From the NCBI RefSeq assembly GCF_009914755.1, contig NC_060929.1: 64,000 nt of DNA; one strand, 5' to 3'. The notes under the pieces are model-generated. The model searched no databases, was not told the origin of the DNA, and was given only the letters and a program-made list of their open reading frames with translations. A program made the position numbers and the translations under genes. Origin of the DNA: the human T2T-CHM13v2.0 reference genome, Homo sapiens. This document shows positions 1-15,284 of this stretch, piece after piece. Each line of letters opens with the position of its first letter. Within the stretch, counting starts at the first letter, position 1.

Positions 1-213
1 CTGCTTTCAGGGTGGGCACTGTGGTCTCCAGAAGGCTACCCTTCTTTTCTTATATAGTTAATTATTTGAATCAGGAATATAGAGGGAGGTAACATACACA
101 CAGGGTACGAAACTCAAAAGGTATGCAAGAGTATGTAGTGAAAATTCTCTTTCCCATCTCAGTTCCTCAGTTCTCCTCCTAAAAGTAACCAATATCATCA
201 GGCTTTTTAAAAT

Positions 214-560
<347 letters not shown>

Positions 561-629
561 TGACAGATACACACAAATATACACAAAAATATTTTGTGTG
601 TGTGTATACATAAGTGTATGGATGTATCT

Positions 630-1241
630 ATAGATAGATAGATAGATAGATAGATGATGACTGATTGATAGATAGATAGTAGGTGGGTAGGTGGATGGAT
701 GGATGGATGGTTAGATGGTTGGATGGATGGATATATAGATAGTAGGTGGGTGGGTGGATGGATGGATGGTTAGATGGCTGGATGGATGGATGGTTAGATG
801 GCTGGCTGGATGGATGGATAGATAGTAGGTGGGTGGATGGATGGATGGTTAGATGGTTGCATGGATGGATGGTTGGATGGATGGATGGATGGACAGATTG
901 ATAGATAGTAGGTGGGTGGTGGCTAGATGGATGGATGGTTAGATGGTTGGCTAGATAGACAGTAGGTGGGTGGATGGATGGATGGATGGATAGTAGGTGG
1001 GTAGGTAGATGGATAGCTAGATAGTAGGTGGATGGGTGGATGGATGGATGGATGGTTAGATGGTTGGATGGATGGATGGATGGATGGATGGATGGATAGA
1101 CAGTAGGTGGTCGGGTGGGCAGATGGATGGATGGTTAGATGGTTGGATAGATGGATAGATAGGTAGCAGGTAGGTGGGTGGATGGATGAATGGATGGTTA
1201 GATGGTTGGTTGGGTGGACACATAGATAGATAGATAGATAT
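630..1241. repeat. Complex (GATA)n/(GGAT)n tetranucleotide array
   Basis: GATA and GGAT units interrupted by recurring GTAGGTGGGT and GGTTAGAT motifs. Confidence 0.95.
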
Positions 1242-1242
1242 G

Positions 1243-1690
1243 CTATATTAGTTTCTAGGGTTGCTGTAACAGTGTGCCACAAACTGGAAATTTATTATCT
1301 CACAGCTCTGAAAGCTGGAAGTCTGAGATCCAGGTGTGGGCTGAGTAGGTTTCTTCTGAAGATTGTGAGGGAGAATTTATTCCATGCCTTTCTCCTAGCT
1401 CCTGGTGGTTTTCTATCAATCTTTGCCAGTTCCTTGGCTTGTAGAAGCATCACCTTGATCTCTGTCTTCATATTCATAAGGCGTTCTCCCTGTGTACCTG
1501 TCTGTCCAAATTTTCCCTTTTTATTCAGCACACCAGTCTTATTGGATTAGGGTTCAACCTAATGACCCTATTTTAACTTGATTATCTCTTTAAACACCCT
1601 ATCTCCAAAGAAAATCACAGTTGGAGGTACTAGGGGTTAAGATCTCAACATTTGAATTTTGGGAAGGGCACAATTCAACCCATATACCAC
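1243..1690 (-). mobile_element. MaLR LTR (MLT1-type, MLT1C-like)
   Basis: tattagtttctagggttgctgtaaca...cacaattcaaccc termini typical of MLT1. Confidence 0.8.
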
Positions 1691-4600
1691 AGGCATCTAA
1701 GTATATGCTAATTTTTACACAAACGCTAACCCATTCTCAACACTATTCTGTGTCTTGCTTTTTTTCATTTTAATATTCTTGAAGATTTTTCTACATCAAT
1801 ACATAGAGACCTGCCTGCCTCATACTTTTTAATGGCTGTGTAAAACTGCAGTGAATCACATGGGAGTAAAATTATTTACTTTCATGGTGAGGGATACTTA
1901 AGCTCCGTTCTAACTTTTGTTATTACAATAAAGTTTCAATGAATGCCCTTGAACATATCAGTTCATACTTTACGTGAAGCACAGCTGTAACATATTAAAA
2001 ATGGAATTGTTTGTTTATACGGTAAGTGTATTTTGATTTCAATATCTACATAAACTGTTCTTACTCAGAGAGAGGACAGAGATGAGTTTATCAGATTAGC
2101 TAACAGCCACCATGGGTCTATTTCAGGTTAAAATTCAGGACTAGGAATGGTTCATAGAAGGAAGGAGGGGGATCTTTTTAAATTGACACTCATGAGCCCC
2201 CCAGTTTGAAATGACGCCCTTGAGTTGTGCCACCAAAAAGTATTTCTCTGTGTCTGCTGCAAGACCACATCTTCACTACAGAGCCCATGGACTGAAACTG
2301 TGTCCAGAGATTCTAGAACCTTCCTGAGGCTTGAGCACAGTGTTTGGAGCAGCACTGGTAGGTGGAGAGGAGAGAGAGGAGTGAGGGACTTGGAGGGTAG
2401 AGGGTGGTGCCCCAAACACAAAAGAAGAGATGTTCCGACTAATGCGAGGCCTACTGTGCATGTCATTTCCCTTCTTGTTCTCTCTGGTTCCCTTTCTAGG
2501 AGAATGTCTGTTCAGCTTCTGTTGAACCAAACCTCCAGGTTGATTTTGGCCAGGAATCCCCACTGGGGATTCCTGGTGGAGGGCTGTGAACTTGCTGAGG
2601 ATATGAAGATATCTGAAGTCAATCAATCAGATTGCAACATGACACTTTTTATCTTTTTAACCTAACTGCCAGCTGGAAACTTGGAAATCCTCCCTCAGTT
2701 TTTGCTTATTATGGGAGACTGACTCATGGACATTAACTTGCTTCCAGCCCTTTCTAGCCCTACCCTCCCTGACTCAGCATTTTAGTATCACAAAGAAGTC
2801 CAGAAGTCATGTCCTTGGTGACTGTTGAAGCTGAAGCACAAAGAAGTGAAGTGACTGACCCAACTATCTATAACCAGGAGCAGCAGAGCCTGGGTTACAC
2901 ATCCATTCACCCATAGGTGCATGCATGAGACTCATTCAACACACACTTATTAGCATCTACCAGGTTCCAGGCGATATGCTAACTCCTGGGGCTACAGAGT
3001 TATAATTAAGATAGACCCTCTTCCTGCTCTGTTAACACTCATGGTCCTGTAGAGAAGATAGTCATGAAAGGAATTATTTGCATTTGTAAAATGTGCACAA
3101 ATAAAGAAATTAACAAAAATGAAAGATGTGAGAGCTGTGAAGGAGATATTCATGGTGCCATGAGAGTGTGGGGGGTGGGTCAGAGACTGCTCCAAAGGGG
3201 AGCTGCATTTCAGCTGTGACCTAAAGATGTCTCCATCCATGAAGAGGCTTGTTGCTGAGGTGCCCTCTTCCCTTGGACCAGAAAAGTAGGACAAAAAACC
3301 ATTCCTCTCACTGACCACTCCAGACTTAAACAATGAATGAGAAAATTCCCTGGCAAGACAGGTAGCTAGCCATGTCCTGCTGAAGAAGCCTAATAGAGGG
3401 ACTTTCCTGGCCCAGGAATAGTTTGGAAGATTCTTTATAAATGACTAAAGGACTATTCACTGCAAGTTCTAGCTTTCCTGCCTCTTCTCTGGACGGGGAG
3501 TTAGAACACCTTGCCTCTACTTCATTGTTAAAAAAGAAAGCTTCTAGCTCATCAGGCGTATCTAATGCTTCCTACCTGGCAATGAGGGGCCTGCTGGCCT
3601 CCACCCCAACCAGGGCAAGGGCAGCTGTGGAGGGGATTTCTTTTTTAACTGTGCTCTTGAGCCTGGCCTTCCTTAGACCCTGTTTTGTACCAGCAATAAT
3701 TAAGTAATTGATGTATCCCTAGTTTGAAGACACAAGCTCAGGCCTGGGACCCAGCATGTCTGGAGCTGAGCCCAGGCATCACCAGCTCAGTGACCCAGCA
3801 AGTATCACTCGGGCCTTCCTTACTGGATCCTATGACTGTGAAAATGTGGGAAAGGAACTTATCTGTGGTTCATGAACACTGAAGAGAGAACCACTGTCTT
3901 CATTTCACTCTAGCACCATATGAAGTTGATATAATGATCTCCATTTTACAGATGAGAAAACAGAAGCATGGAGTTTTTGCCCAGAGTCACAAAGTCTGTA
4001 ACTGATAGAGCTCAGATTTGAACCTGTATCTTTCAGATACTGGACCTTGCTTATAAACAGGCATCTAAGGCCAGGTGGTCAACAGAAAATAGACCTTATA
4101 ACACAGTACAGGACTTTCTTCCCTCTCCACCCTTTCCTTCTTGTCCCAGGTAACTTACTTCAGCAGTTCATTACCTAGCAAGACAAAAATAATGAATATG
4201 GGCAGAAATGGGGGAGGCTGGCCTTTCTGTTTGCTTTACAACTAACCAAGGGGAAGGGCAACTCTGGGGAAAGATGTTTTGGGGGGATGGGAAATACAGT
4301 GGGGATTTGATTGTTTCCCAGTCATCTAACTTTGTGACAGAGGAGGGGCAGGTTTAGAATCTTATCCCTCATCAACACATGTGAACCTGTAACTGCCGGT
4401 GGGCCCCTCTCTCAACTGTCTCAGGAGCAGTCCCTGTAGCTTCTCCATCACAAAAGCCCCTCTGGGAGGCCAGATCATAAGATGGTGTGTGCCAGTGTGA
4501 GGTGCCACCTGGCATTTGGTGAGGTTTCTACTTCTCCAACCCCACTACTCAGTTGTGTTTAAAACAAGGACCCAGGCAAGTGCCAGTATCTTTGCATAAA

Positions 4601-5214
4601 AATAGGCCAGTCCTTTGAAACTGATGGCAGTTGCCAAATTTTTGAGCATGAAAGCAGTAGATGAGAAAGTTCCCTACCCATACCCACATCCAGTGGATAG
4701 CAAAAGCCCTAGGAGCAGAAATGCGCCAGGCCCACAAAGGGTTTCTGTTGAGTCTTGGTCATCTGTTTCACAGGTTCCCAGGCACTATGCTTCTCATTCT
4801 TACTGCATTGTGGACAAGTGCAAGTTAGACCTTGGTCAAATATATTCCCTCCTTCGAGTTTCGGTTTCTCACTGATAAGATGAAGTGATTGAATTAGTCT
4901 GTCTGAGATCATATGGATTCAAAATCTAAAGTTCCTCTTCCTTCTACTGCATTTGTCAGACCAAGGCAGAGTTGGGGAATGGTAGGGACAGGGCGGGAGG
5001 AGAGAGTGGGAGCAGTGTGTCCTGGGCTGGCAGTAAGGAGGTGTGTTGTCTATACAGAATTTAAACAGATAAAATCAACTAAAGGCTGGTGTCCTTCTTA
5101 TTACGAGCTGGTGATTCTAAACAAGGTTATGATAAAACACTCCTCCCTGCAGGGTGGACTGATGATGCAGGGTATAATGATGAGCATACCACCCTGCTCT
5201 TGGTATGCTACTTA

Positions 5215-5720
5215 CTGATACTCTTTGGTTGCCAGTGAAAGAAACACAACTCAGAATGGCTTCAATGAAAAGGATTTTATTGGTCCACATAAGTGAAAAG
5301 ACCAGACATAATTGTGCTCAGACAGGGCTGTTTGCAGGTGCTCCATGATATCCTCAGGGATCTCCCTCTCTTCATCTCTTAGCCTCAGCCTTTCCCCTGA
5401 CTGTACTAGCATCGCTCCCAGCAGCTCCAGGCCTGCACCCTATCAGCTAAGCTACCTCAGTGAGTCTCACTGACCCAAAACTTTCAGCAAAAGTTTTGGG
5501 CTTTCCCCTGGACCAGCTCGAGTCTCATGACCGTCCCTGATTTAATGAGATGGAATATGCTGACTAATCTGCCTCCTCATAGAGCAGGTCATCACATATA
5601 TACTAAGAATGGTTGGTGGTTGGGGGGGGGGTCATTTCTCCAAAGGAATATCGAGGTGGTATTGCTAGAAGAAGGGAGGATGGATGCTCAATCACCAAAG
5701 CAATACTGTCTATCATATTC
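5215..5720 (-). mobile_element. Old MaLR LTR remnant (MLT1J-like)
   Basis: ggttgccagtgaaagaaacacaactcagaatggctt...ggattttattgg pattern. Confidence 0.5.
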
Positions 5721-6409
5721 CTGCCTCAAAGATGAGCTCAAATGATCTCCCTGGCTTGGAATCCTCCATCCACATTTTCCCGTTTCTTCCTTCCAGTGCT
5801 GAAGATCCCACCTCCTACTCCCATGAAGGCTTCCAGATTCCTGCCGCTTATCTTCAGTTCTTTTTCCTTTCAACTCCAAAGAATTGTCATGCATACCTGT
5901 CATTCTGATAGTTAACTATTAATAAGATCAACTGCTAGTTTGTTGTCCATTATGAAGTTAATACATGTCTATTTTAGGGAAAAATAGAGAAGTAAAAAGA
6001 AGAAACAAAAATATCATCTGTGGCCCCTCCATTACATGGAAACTAGAAAGAAGAAATTAAAACCACTAGGTTTCTTCTATGCATAATTTTTTTCTATTTT
6101 TAAAAGTATAACATAGGCCCTTTATATAACATATATATATATATATATATATATACATTTATGCATATACACAAATCAACTCAATGAATTTTTGCAAACT
6201 GAACACATCCATATCACCAGCACCTAGAATTAAGAAACATAACAGTATCAGCATTCCACAAGCCCCTCCTTCTTGCTCTTTCCAATCAATACCCCTCCTG
6301 TAGGGTAACCAACATCCTAATTTCTAACACCTTAGATTAGTCCTGCCTGCTTTTGAACTTTATATAAATCATACATTGAAAAAACATAGTTGAGATCATT
6401 GTTCACTGG

Positions 6410-6722
6410 GTTTTGTTGTTGTTGTTGTTGTTTTGTTTTGTTTTGTTTTGTTTTTTGAGACACAGTCTCAGTTGCCCAGGCTGGAGTGCAGTGGCACAAT
6501 CTTGGGTCACTGCAACCGCCCGGTTCAAACAATTCTCCCACCTCAGCCACCCCAGTAGCTGGGATTACAGGCATGTGTCACCACACCTGGCAAGTTTTTA
6601 TATTTTTAGTAGAGATAGGGTTTGGACATGTTGGCCAGGCTGGTCTCCTGGCCTCAAGTGATCCGTCTGCCTTGACCTCCCAAAGTGCTGGGATTACAGG
6701 CATGAGCCACCGTGCCCCGCCT
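6410..6722 (-). mobile_element. Alu (AluS-like) with (TTG)n/(TTTTG)n tail, within an old L1 3' end
   Basis: Alu consensus with small deletions. Confidence 0.9.
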
Positions 6723-6753
6723 GCTTGTTTTATTTAAAATGATGGTGTGAATC

Positions 6754-8000
<1,247 letters not shown>

Positions 8001-8200
8001 CTATTTTCTTTTCTTTTCTCTTTTCTTTTCTTTTCTTTTCTTTTTTCTTTTCTTTTCTTTCTTTTTTTTAGACAGTCGCCAGGCTGGAGTCAGTGGCACG
8101 ATCTCTGCTCACTGCAATCTCCGCCTCCCGGGTTCAAGTGATTCTCCTGCCTCAGCCTCTTGAGTAGCTGGGAGTACAGGCGGGTGCGCCACCACGCCCA
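8001..8200 (-). mobile_element. 5'-truncated Alu (right arm) with (TTTTC)n tail
   Basis: Alu right-arm sequence only. Confidence 0.85.
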
Positions 8201-8204
8201 CTCT

Positions 8205-8465
8205 CAGGCATGAGCTAAAGCTGCAGTCCACAGGTGGAATTTCTTCAAAAAAACTTCGGTTCTACTTGTCAGGCCTTTCAAATTATTGAATCAGGCCCAC
8301 CAAGAATTATCTAGGATAATTTCCTTTACGTAAAGCCAACTGATTATGTTAATAGATGTTAATCACATCTGCAAAATGCCTTCACAGCCACACCCAGAAT
8401 AGTGTACGATTGAATAACCGGGGATTGTAGCCTAGCCAAATTGACACACGAAACTGCCCATCACA
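8205..8465. mobile_element. ERVL LTR fragment (MLT2-like)
   Basis: aggcccacc...aaagccaactgatt...gttaatcacatct...tagcctagccaaattgacac...ccatcaca. Confidence 0.7.
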
Positions 8466-9060
8466 ATTATTCCAATAACGTTTGGTTTATTAAAAGAGCC
8501 ATTCTTTCCTCCATTGCTCTGCTGTTGCTGCCTTCAACATTAACCATGTACATTATCTTAGTCTGGATATCTGTTTCTAGGATCTCCACTGGCCCATTCA
8601 ACTATCCTCTCCCAATACCAGAGTTTATCAATCATTTTATCTTTTATAGTAAGTCTAAACATGTGGGAGAGTCCTTCCGTGCAATCTTAATATTTTCAAA
8701 TATATTGTATAAGCTATTTTGAAGAATAATATGCATATTCTCATGTATTATATACTGATTTTGACACATGAGAGGACATTACCATTTTAACATGGCTATC
8801 AGGCTGACTCATTTTTATGTGATCCTTGGATTTAAACTTCTATTATCATTATTATGCATACATTAGAAATTTTTTCTTAGTCTTTGAAAAAATTGAGATC
8901 TGGGCATATATATTTGCATATGTAACATTGTACAAGCATGTATACTACTATGGCACATATGTACCTCACTTAATTAAATAATAGTTAAATTCTAGGCAAG
9001 ATTAAATCCCGCTGCTCAGTGTATGTTCTCTTGACAGTTTATCTTAGAATGATATTTGGT

Positions 9061-9357
9061 AGCTGGGTGCAGTGGCTCACGCCTGTAATCTCAGTACTTT
9101 GGGACGCTGAGATGGGCTGGTCACTTGAGGCCAGGAGTTTGAGACTGGCCTGGCCAACATGGCGAAACCCTGTCTCTACTAGAAATACAAAAATTAGCCA
9201 GGCATAATGGTGTGCACCTGCAGTCCCAGCTACTTAGAGGCTGAGGCATGAGAACTGCTTGAACTCGAGAGGTAGAGGTTGCACTGAGTTGAGATCGCAC
9301 CACTGTACTCCAGCCTGGGTGACAGAGTGAGACATTGTCTCAAAAAAAAAAAAAAAA
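9061..9357 (+). mobile_element. Alu, full length
   Basis: Alu consensus with polyA tail. Confidence 0.95.
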
Positions 9358-10138
9358 GCATGAGATTCAGTAAAGTTATTAAAACTAATGAATATTTAGC
9401 AGTGGCGGTAATATTATTATTGTAATTTCAGTTTATAATTGAGATGCTTTGTTTCTGTTTTTTATATTTGTGATAAGGAATGTAAACAGTAAGATATTCA
9501 TTCATTCATACTAATTTGCTAAATTCTTGGTGATTTTATGACTCAGTATTTAAAATAATTTTTCATTTCTTTAAAGTCAACCTTTAAATCATTTTCTGTT
9601 ATCCATCTTTTAAGTTTCTAAGCCATTTTAATAGAAGAGTAGCTTAAGATTGTGAAGTAAACTGGTGAAGAAAAACTATTACCACTTGCAGACACTTATC
9701 TGTGTACATCAAGATTATTTTTGATAAATTGGATCCTGAAGTTTATATGGAATATAAACTATCAGACCTAACTTATAATTTAGAATTTTCTGAGCTCACT
9801 AAAACATAAATATAAATTTGAACATAATGTATACTAATAAAATGCTAATCAAATAGTCTTTATTTTGTATTATATATGTATCATATAAGACTTTGAAAAA
9901 AAATCTGCTGCTAAAATCATTATACAGCTACTGTATTAGTAAAACTAGTATTACTGAAGTGGATAAGATCCATATACACTAGTTTATTATTGTTTTCAAA
10001 TAACCTAAGAAATACCCAATCATTGCGTAAAAATTAGGAAATTGTAAAGGATTAAAACCTCTAGAGAGATTCTATCATTCAGAAATAAACATTATTAACG
10101 TTGTCAGGTATTTCCTTCCAGATACTTAGTGCATGTGT

Positions 10139-10140
<2 letters not shown>

Positions 10141-10176
<36 letters not shown>
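10141..10176. repeat. (TG)n microsatellite
   Basis: Pure GT run of ~18 units. Confidence 0.95.
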
Positions 10177-10179
<3 letters not shown>

Positions 10180-10189
10180 AAGACATTAT

Positions 10190-10430
10190 AACATGGTGGT
10201 TAAAATCATGGGCTCTGGATCCAGTCTTTTTGGGTTTGAATCACAATTTTGCCACTTACCAGGTTTGCGATCTTAGGAAAGTTCACTTTTCAATGCCTTG
10301 TTTTCTTCACCCATAAAATGGGGATTATAAAAGTACCTATTTCAAGGGGTGTTGTGAGCATTAAATGTAAAGCACTATTCTGAGTAGTCCCTGAAACATA
10401 ATAAATGTTCTATAAAATTAGTGATTATAT
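10190..10430 (+). mobile_element. MIR element
   Basis: gggtttgaatc...gccacttac...cccataaaatgggga MIR core. Confidence 0.7.
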
Positions 10431-10559
10431 ATTATATAATGTATGTATAGACCTACATAGAAAAAAATTGTTCATATATATACACATATATATACACATA
10501 CATATATATACACACACACACACTGTGGTCATATGTAGGCTAGATTTTTTTCATTGCTT

Positions 10560-11090
10560 TCATAAAAATCAGTTTTATTGAAGTATAATTTACATGTGAT
10601 ACGATGTACCCATTTTAAGCAAACAGTTTAATGAGTTTGAAAAATATATACACTCCTGTAACTACTGCAGTCACAATCAGGATATAAGGCATTTCTGTCA
10701 TCCTCCCAAATTCCCTCCTACATAGTGTCCCAGTCAACATCTATCTACCCTTAACCCCTGGCCCTAGGCAACCACTGATCTCCTTTCTGTGACTGTAGAT
10801 TAGTTTGCCTTTTTTAGGATTCCAAATAAATAGAATCATACAAAGTGTGCTCTTTCGTGTCTGTTTTCTTTCAACAGTTTTTGAGATTCTTCCGTGTTGT
10901 TGCATGTACCACTCTTTTTTATCACAGCAGTATTTCATTTTATGAATACACTATAATTTCCTTATCTATACACTGTTAGTGAACACTTAGTTGTTCTCAA
11001 TTTTTGACTACTATGAAAAAAGCTGCTATGAACATTTTATGTATAAGCCTTTGTGGGGACATATGCTTCAGTTTTCTTAAATATAGATAT
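10560..11090 (-). mobile_element. Old L1 (L1M) 3' end
   Basis: ttttattgaagtataattt...ggcaaccactgatct...gctgctatgaacatt. Confidence 0.75.
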
Positions 11091-11585
11091 TTTAAACAGA
11101 GAAACCTAGTAGTAACTTGCCTTGTTGGAGAGTGGGGTGAGCCAAATTCAGGAGTCCAGAGGGGCATTGTCACAGAAAAGGACCGGGTCCCAAAGTGCCA
11201 CATCTGTCTTTGATGAGAATGGCTTGCCTACTGTAGCCCCATCAGCAAAGAAGACTGTTTTAATGGTTGTCATTCCATTTATTGTACTCTACATTTTGAG
11301 TCAGAGAAAAGGTGTCTTTTCTATTTTTACATGCAGTTTACATGAAACTAAAGCTGATTCAGGATGGATTTTTATGGACGATAGCAATGGCTAACATTTT
11401 TAAACATTCAGGATGCTGACCATTTCCCATGTTTTACTATTGAATTCTCATAACAACATTGTGAAGTAGGAACTGTTGTTTCCCCAATTAGAAAACCCGA
11501 GGCCTGGAGAAGTTAGGCAACTTACCCAAGATTATATGCCTAGTAAATGGTAGAGTCAGCATTGGAACACATTTAAACCAAGGTC

Positions 11586-11657
11586 TTTCCTCCCCTCCTC
11601 TCCCCTCCCCCTCCCCCTCCCCCTCTCTTTTCTTTTCTTTCCTTCCTTCCTTTCTTC

Positions 11658-11712
<55 letters not shown>

Positions 11713-12031
11713 TTCTTTCTTCTCTCTGGTTCTCTTTTTCTTGTTTTTAAGTTGTCTCACTCTGTCACCCAGGCTGGAGTGCGGTGGCACTATCTCAGCT
11801 CACTGTAACCTCTGCCTCCCGGTACTAAAGCAATCCTCCCACCTCTGCTTCCCGAGTAGCTTGGACCACAGGCGTGCACCACTATGCCTGGCTAATTTTT
11901 TTGTATTTTTTATAGAGACAGAGTTTCGCCGTGTTGCCCAGGCTAGTCTCGAACTCCTGAGCTCAAGTGATCTGCCTGCCTCTGCCTCCCAAAGTGCTGG
12001 GTTTACAGGCGTGAGCTACCGCCCTCAGCCC
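11586..12031 (-). mobile_element. AluJ-like element with expanded (CCCCT)n/(TTCC)n/(TTTC)n tail
   Basis: Alu body ~11750-12031; ~150-bp pyrimidine tract. Confidence 0.9.
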
Positions 12032-12329
12032 TTATCCTATGCTCTTAACCACAAATTACACTCCACATAGTTCCTGACTCATACTACTTGCTAGGTAATA
12101 TTAATGGCGGTCTATGCTTAATTGCTGATAGCTTTCTGATGAAGTCATTTTGGGTAGATTCATCCTGCTCTATCTTTAATTGTGTTGAACTAAAATCAAA
12201 AGCAGGTATTTTCCCCCCTGCCCGGTCCCCACAGGCAAATTCTTCTAAAAGAGCACAGATTATATTGTTGATCCAGCCATTCATCATTTTCATCCATGTC
12301 GTCATCAGATATTTACTGAATGCTTTGTA

Positions 12330-12720
12330 GTAGACACTGTGATTGAATCTAAAATATCCTTTCTACCTCTAGAGAATTAGGATTTTTAGCCAATGATGAT
12401 AAATCTGCTCTCCCTTGTCACAGATTGGTTGAGGGGTGGGCCGACCCTAGCCTGTTTGGGCCAATGAGAGGTGAGTACAGGGCTGTCAGGATCTTCTGGG
12501 AAGAAGCCCTACCTCCACCGCCCTCAAGCTGGTCTCTCCATCTTGCAGCCCGAGGGAGGCCTGATGTGGCGTGAGGCTGTGGTCTGCAGAGTGGAAGGCT
12601 CCAAGAACCTGGTTTGGAGTCTCACCTTCTGTGTCTCCAGTTAATACGAGGTACAGCTTTCCTTTTTTTCATTGCTTAGGCTGATTTGAGTGGAGTTTCT
12701 AGCACTTGCAGCCCAGTTTC
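12330..12720 (+). mobile_element. Old ERVL LTR (LTR16-like)
   Basis: CCAAT motifs, ccatcttgc, and a terminal ttgagtggagtttctagcacttgcagccc pattern. Confidence 0.5.
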
Positions 12721-13399
12721 AGAGATTCCTCCACGGTAAGTACCTGCCCAGGTGCCTCAGGGCGTCTCTCTCACCCTGGAGAGGCAGGTGCTCGGCAGCA
12801 CCTGGGCCTGCTCGGTTATGGCTCTTGACAGGCACTCCTATTACCCATCTCCCATGCTTGAATGTAGGCTCCCTGTGGACAAGGACACCTCCCAATTCAT
12901 TTTGGGATCCCCAGGGCCAACCTCGCAGGATGCATGTGGTGGACAACTGCTGTAGATGAAGGGAACCGTTATGGGGGGTTGTGTGTGCGTTTCCTCTGAA
13001 AGAACTGAAGGTTCAGGGAGGGGATTTACATGTTTGCGTATCTACTCTCTGTGCCAGGTGTTTTACACATACGTAAATTCATTTCTTCCTTGTAGCAATC
13101 CCAAGAGCCAGCCACAGCAGCAATTCCATGTTTTATAGATAAAGAGCCTGAAGCTTTCATCTAGAGATGAAATAACACTTATTTAAGGTCCCACAACTAG
13201 TAAATGTGCTAGGAAATGCTTAAGAATAGAGCTTGAAAAAGCCCTTTAATGATTCTCTCTCTCTACAATTTTTGTAAGTATATCTATGTAAGATAGATGG
13301 GTAACATTTTCTTCAATTCTGGTTTATAGTGGCTTAGGGTCATTATTTCAGATATTGGTTTTCATCAATTAATTAAATTTTTTGATTAGCACAAAATTT

Positions 13400-13902
13400 C
13401 CCCCAGACTTTACTGAGGTATAATTGACAAAATTGTATATATTTAAGTTGTGCAACATGATGCTTTGATATATATATATATATAGTGAAATGATTACCAC
13501 AATCGAGTTAGTGAATACATCCATCACTTCACAAAGTTACCTTTTTTTGTGTGGTAAAAAAGTAACTTTCTGATCTTTCTTGGCAGATTTCAAGTATACA
13601 ATACAGCATAATTAGTTGTAGTCACCATGTTGTACATTGGATTGCCAGAACGTATCCATCTTATAGCTGACGGTGTGTATCCCTTCACCAGCACCTCCTG
13701 TTTCCCCTACGTCCTAGCCCCAGGAAACACCATTCTACTCTCTGTTTCTATGAGTCTGACTTTTTTTAGATCTCATAGATAAGTGTGACTATGTGGTATT
13801 TGTCTTTCTGTTCCTGGCTTATTTAGCATAATGTCCTCCAAGTTCATCCATGTTGTTGCAAATGACAGGATTTCTTTCTTTTTTATGACTGAATAGTATC
13901 CC

Positions 13903-13948
<46 letters not shown>

Positions 13949-14075
13949 TTTCTTTTTTATGACTGAATAGTATCCCATTGTGTGTGTGTGTGTGTGTGCA
14001 CACACACAAATGGGCAAAGAAATGTAGAGTGTATCCCACACAATGGGATACTAGTCAGTCATAAAAAAGAAAGAA

Positions 14076-14115
<40 letters not shown>

Positions 14116-14335
14116 CATTTCTTTGTCCATTTATCTGTCCAAAGACACTTAGATTGTTTCCCTGTCTTGGCAATTGTGAGTAATGCTGCAGTGAACATGG
14201 GAGTGCAGATGTCTCTTTGAGATACTGATTTTGTTTCCTTGAGGTGTATATCCAGAAGTGGGGCTGCTGGATCATATGGTAGTTCTATTTTCAATTTTTT
14301 GAGGAATCTCCCATAGCATTTCCTATAATGGCTGT
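13400..14335 (-). mobile_element. L1MA-type 3' end containing a rearranged microsatellite
   Basis: ORFs 13773..14039 and 14055..14348 give L1 ORF2 C-terminal motifs (ELPYDPA, ICTPMFTAAL, ATTWMNLEDIML). Confidence 0.85.
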
Positions 14336-15284
14336 ACTCATCAAACATTAAGAGATATTATAGATATCTTGTAATTAGATGCTAATCAGTGTACTGAGTT
14401 CTGAGTGTACATGAGCAATACAAAAGTAGGCCTTGGCTTTCAAGCACACACATCTATGGTGTCACGAACTTGGCTTGAGTGTGTGTTGACCCTTACAGCC
14501 CCTGCTAACATCCTAGAATTTTGGATTTGGAGTGTAAACAGTAAAGTTGCACTCATTTTCTTTAAAGATAGAATGCTAAAAACTATTATCAGTGGATTTT
14601 AGTGTTCTGGTTAGTTGGCCCTTTGTTGATCTTCATTATAATTGAGATTTTTCAGCTTTTTTCCAGACAATTGAACATCATTGATGATGTTAATTACTGT
14701 CTTTGAGGCAGATTTCTGCCCACATACCCATAATTGGCAGGGCAAACAAAGAATCCTTTTAGGATTATATTTAATGCAGTGCTTTATTCCCATGTTATAG
14801 ATACAGAGCAGAATCTCTTATAAAACACCTCACTCTCCAGAAACTTCAGTATGTTCTAGATAAATTTGTACTCAGGGTACAAAGTAATGCTGAGACGTTT
14901 TCCCTGTGCTCCTAAAGGCCAAAAGATGGATCTGGCTAGAGCAAGGAGTGCTTGTGAAAAATGTTTTGTTCAGCTCTGTACTGTATATTTTTTGATAAAC
15001 TGTTTTTTTAAAATGAATTCTTGGGACACATCAACTATGAAAGAGGTTGCAGCACATCCAGCCTTTCACCTGAGTCCCTGGCAGTTTTGTATATGAGAGG
15101 TGGTATATTAGCTTTCTGGTTCCTGTTTGCAATTTGATAGTGCGTTTTTTGGACTCTTTGCCACAAAGAGGTATGTAATCTGTGGCCTACTGTATTTGAG
15201 TAGGAAGCAGCTAAACTGTTCATGGCCCCCGGTCACAAAGATGATGCCATGTTTGATCTGTTCCATCACCCTGCTCTGACACAC

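Noticed and set aside
923-1282. 119-aa His/Pro/Ser/Ile-rich ORF
   Set aside because: Translation of the (ATCC)n strand of the microsatellite array
2152-2665. Overlapping 104-146 aa ORFs on both strands in non-repeat DNA
   Set aside because: No recognisable domain or exon structure; the longest starts at a non-ATG codon; consistent with chance
12420-12840. GC-richer segment with CCAAT and GC boxes as a novel promoter
   Set aside because: Better explained as an old ERVL LTR; too few CpGs for an island and no downstream exon seen
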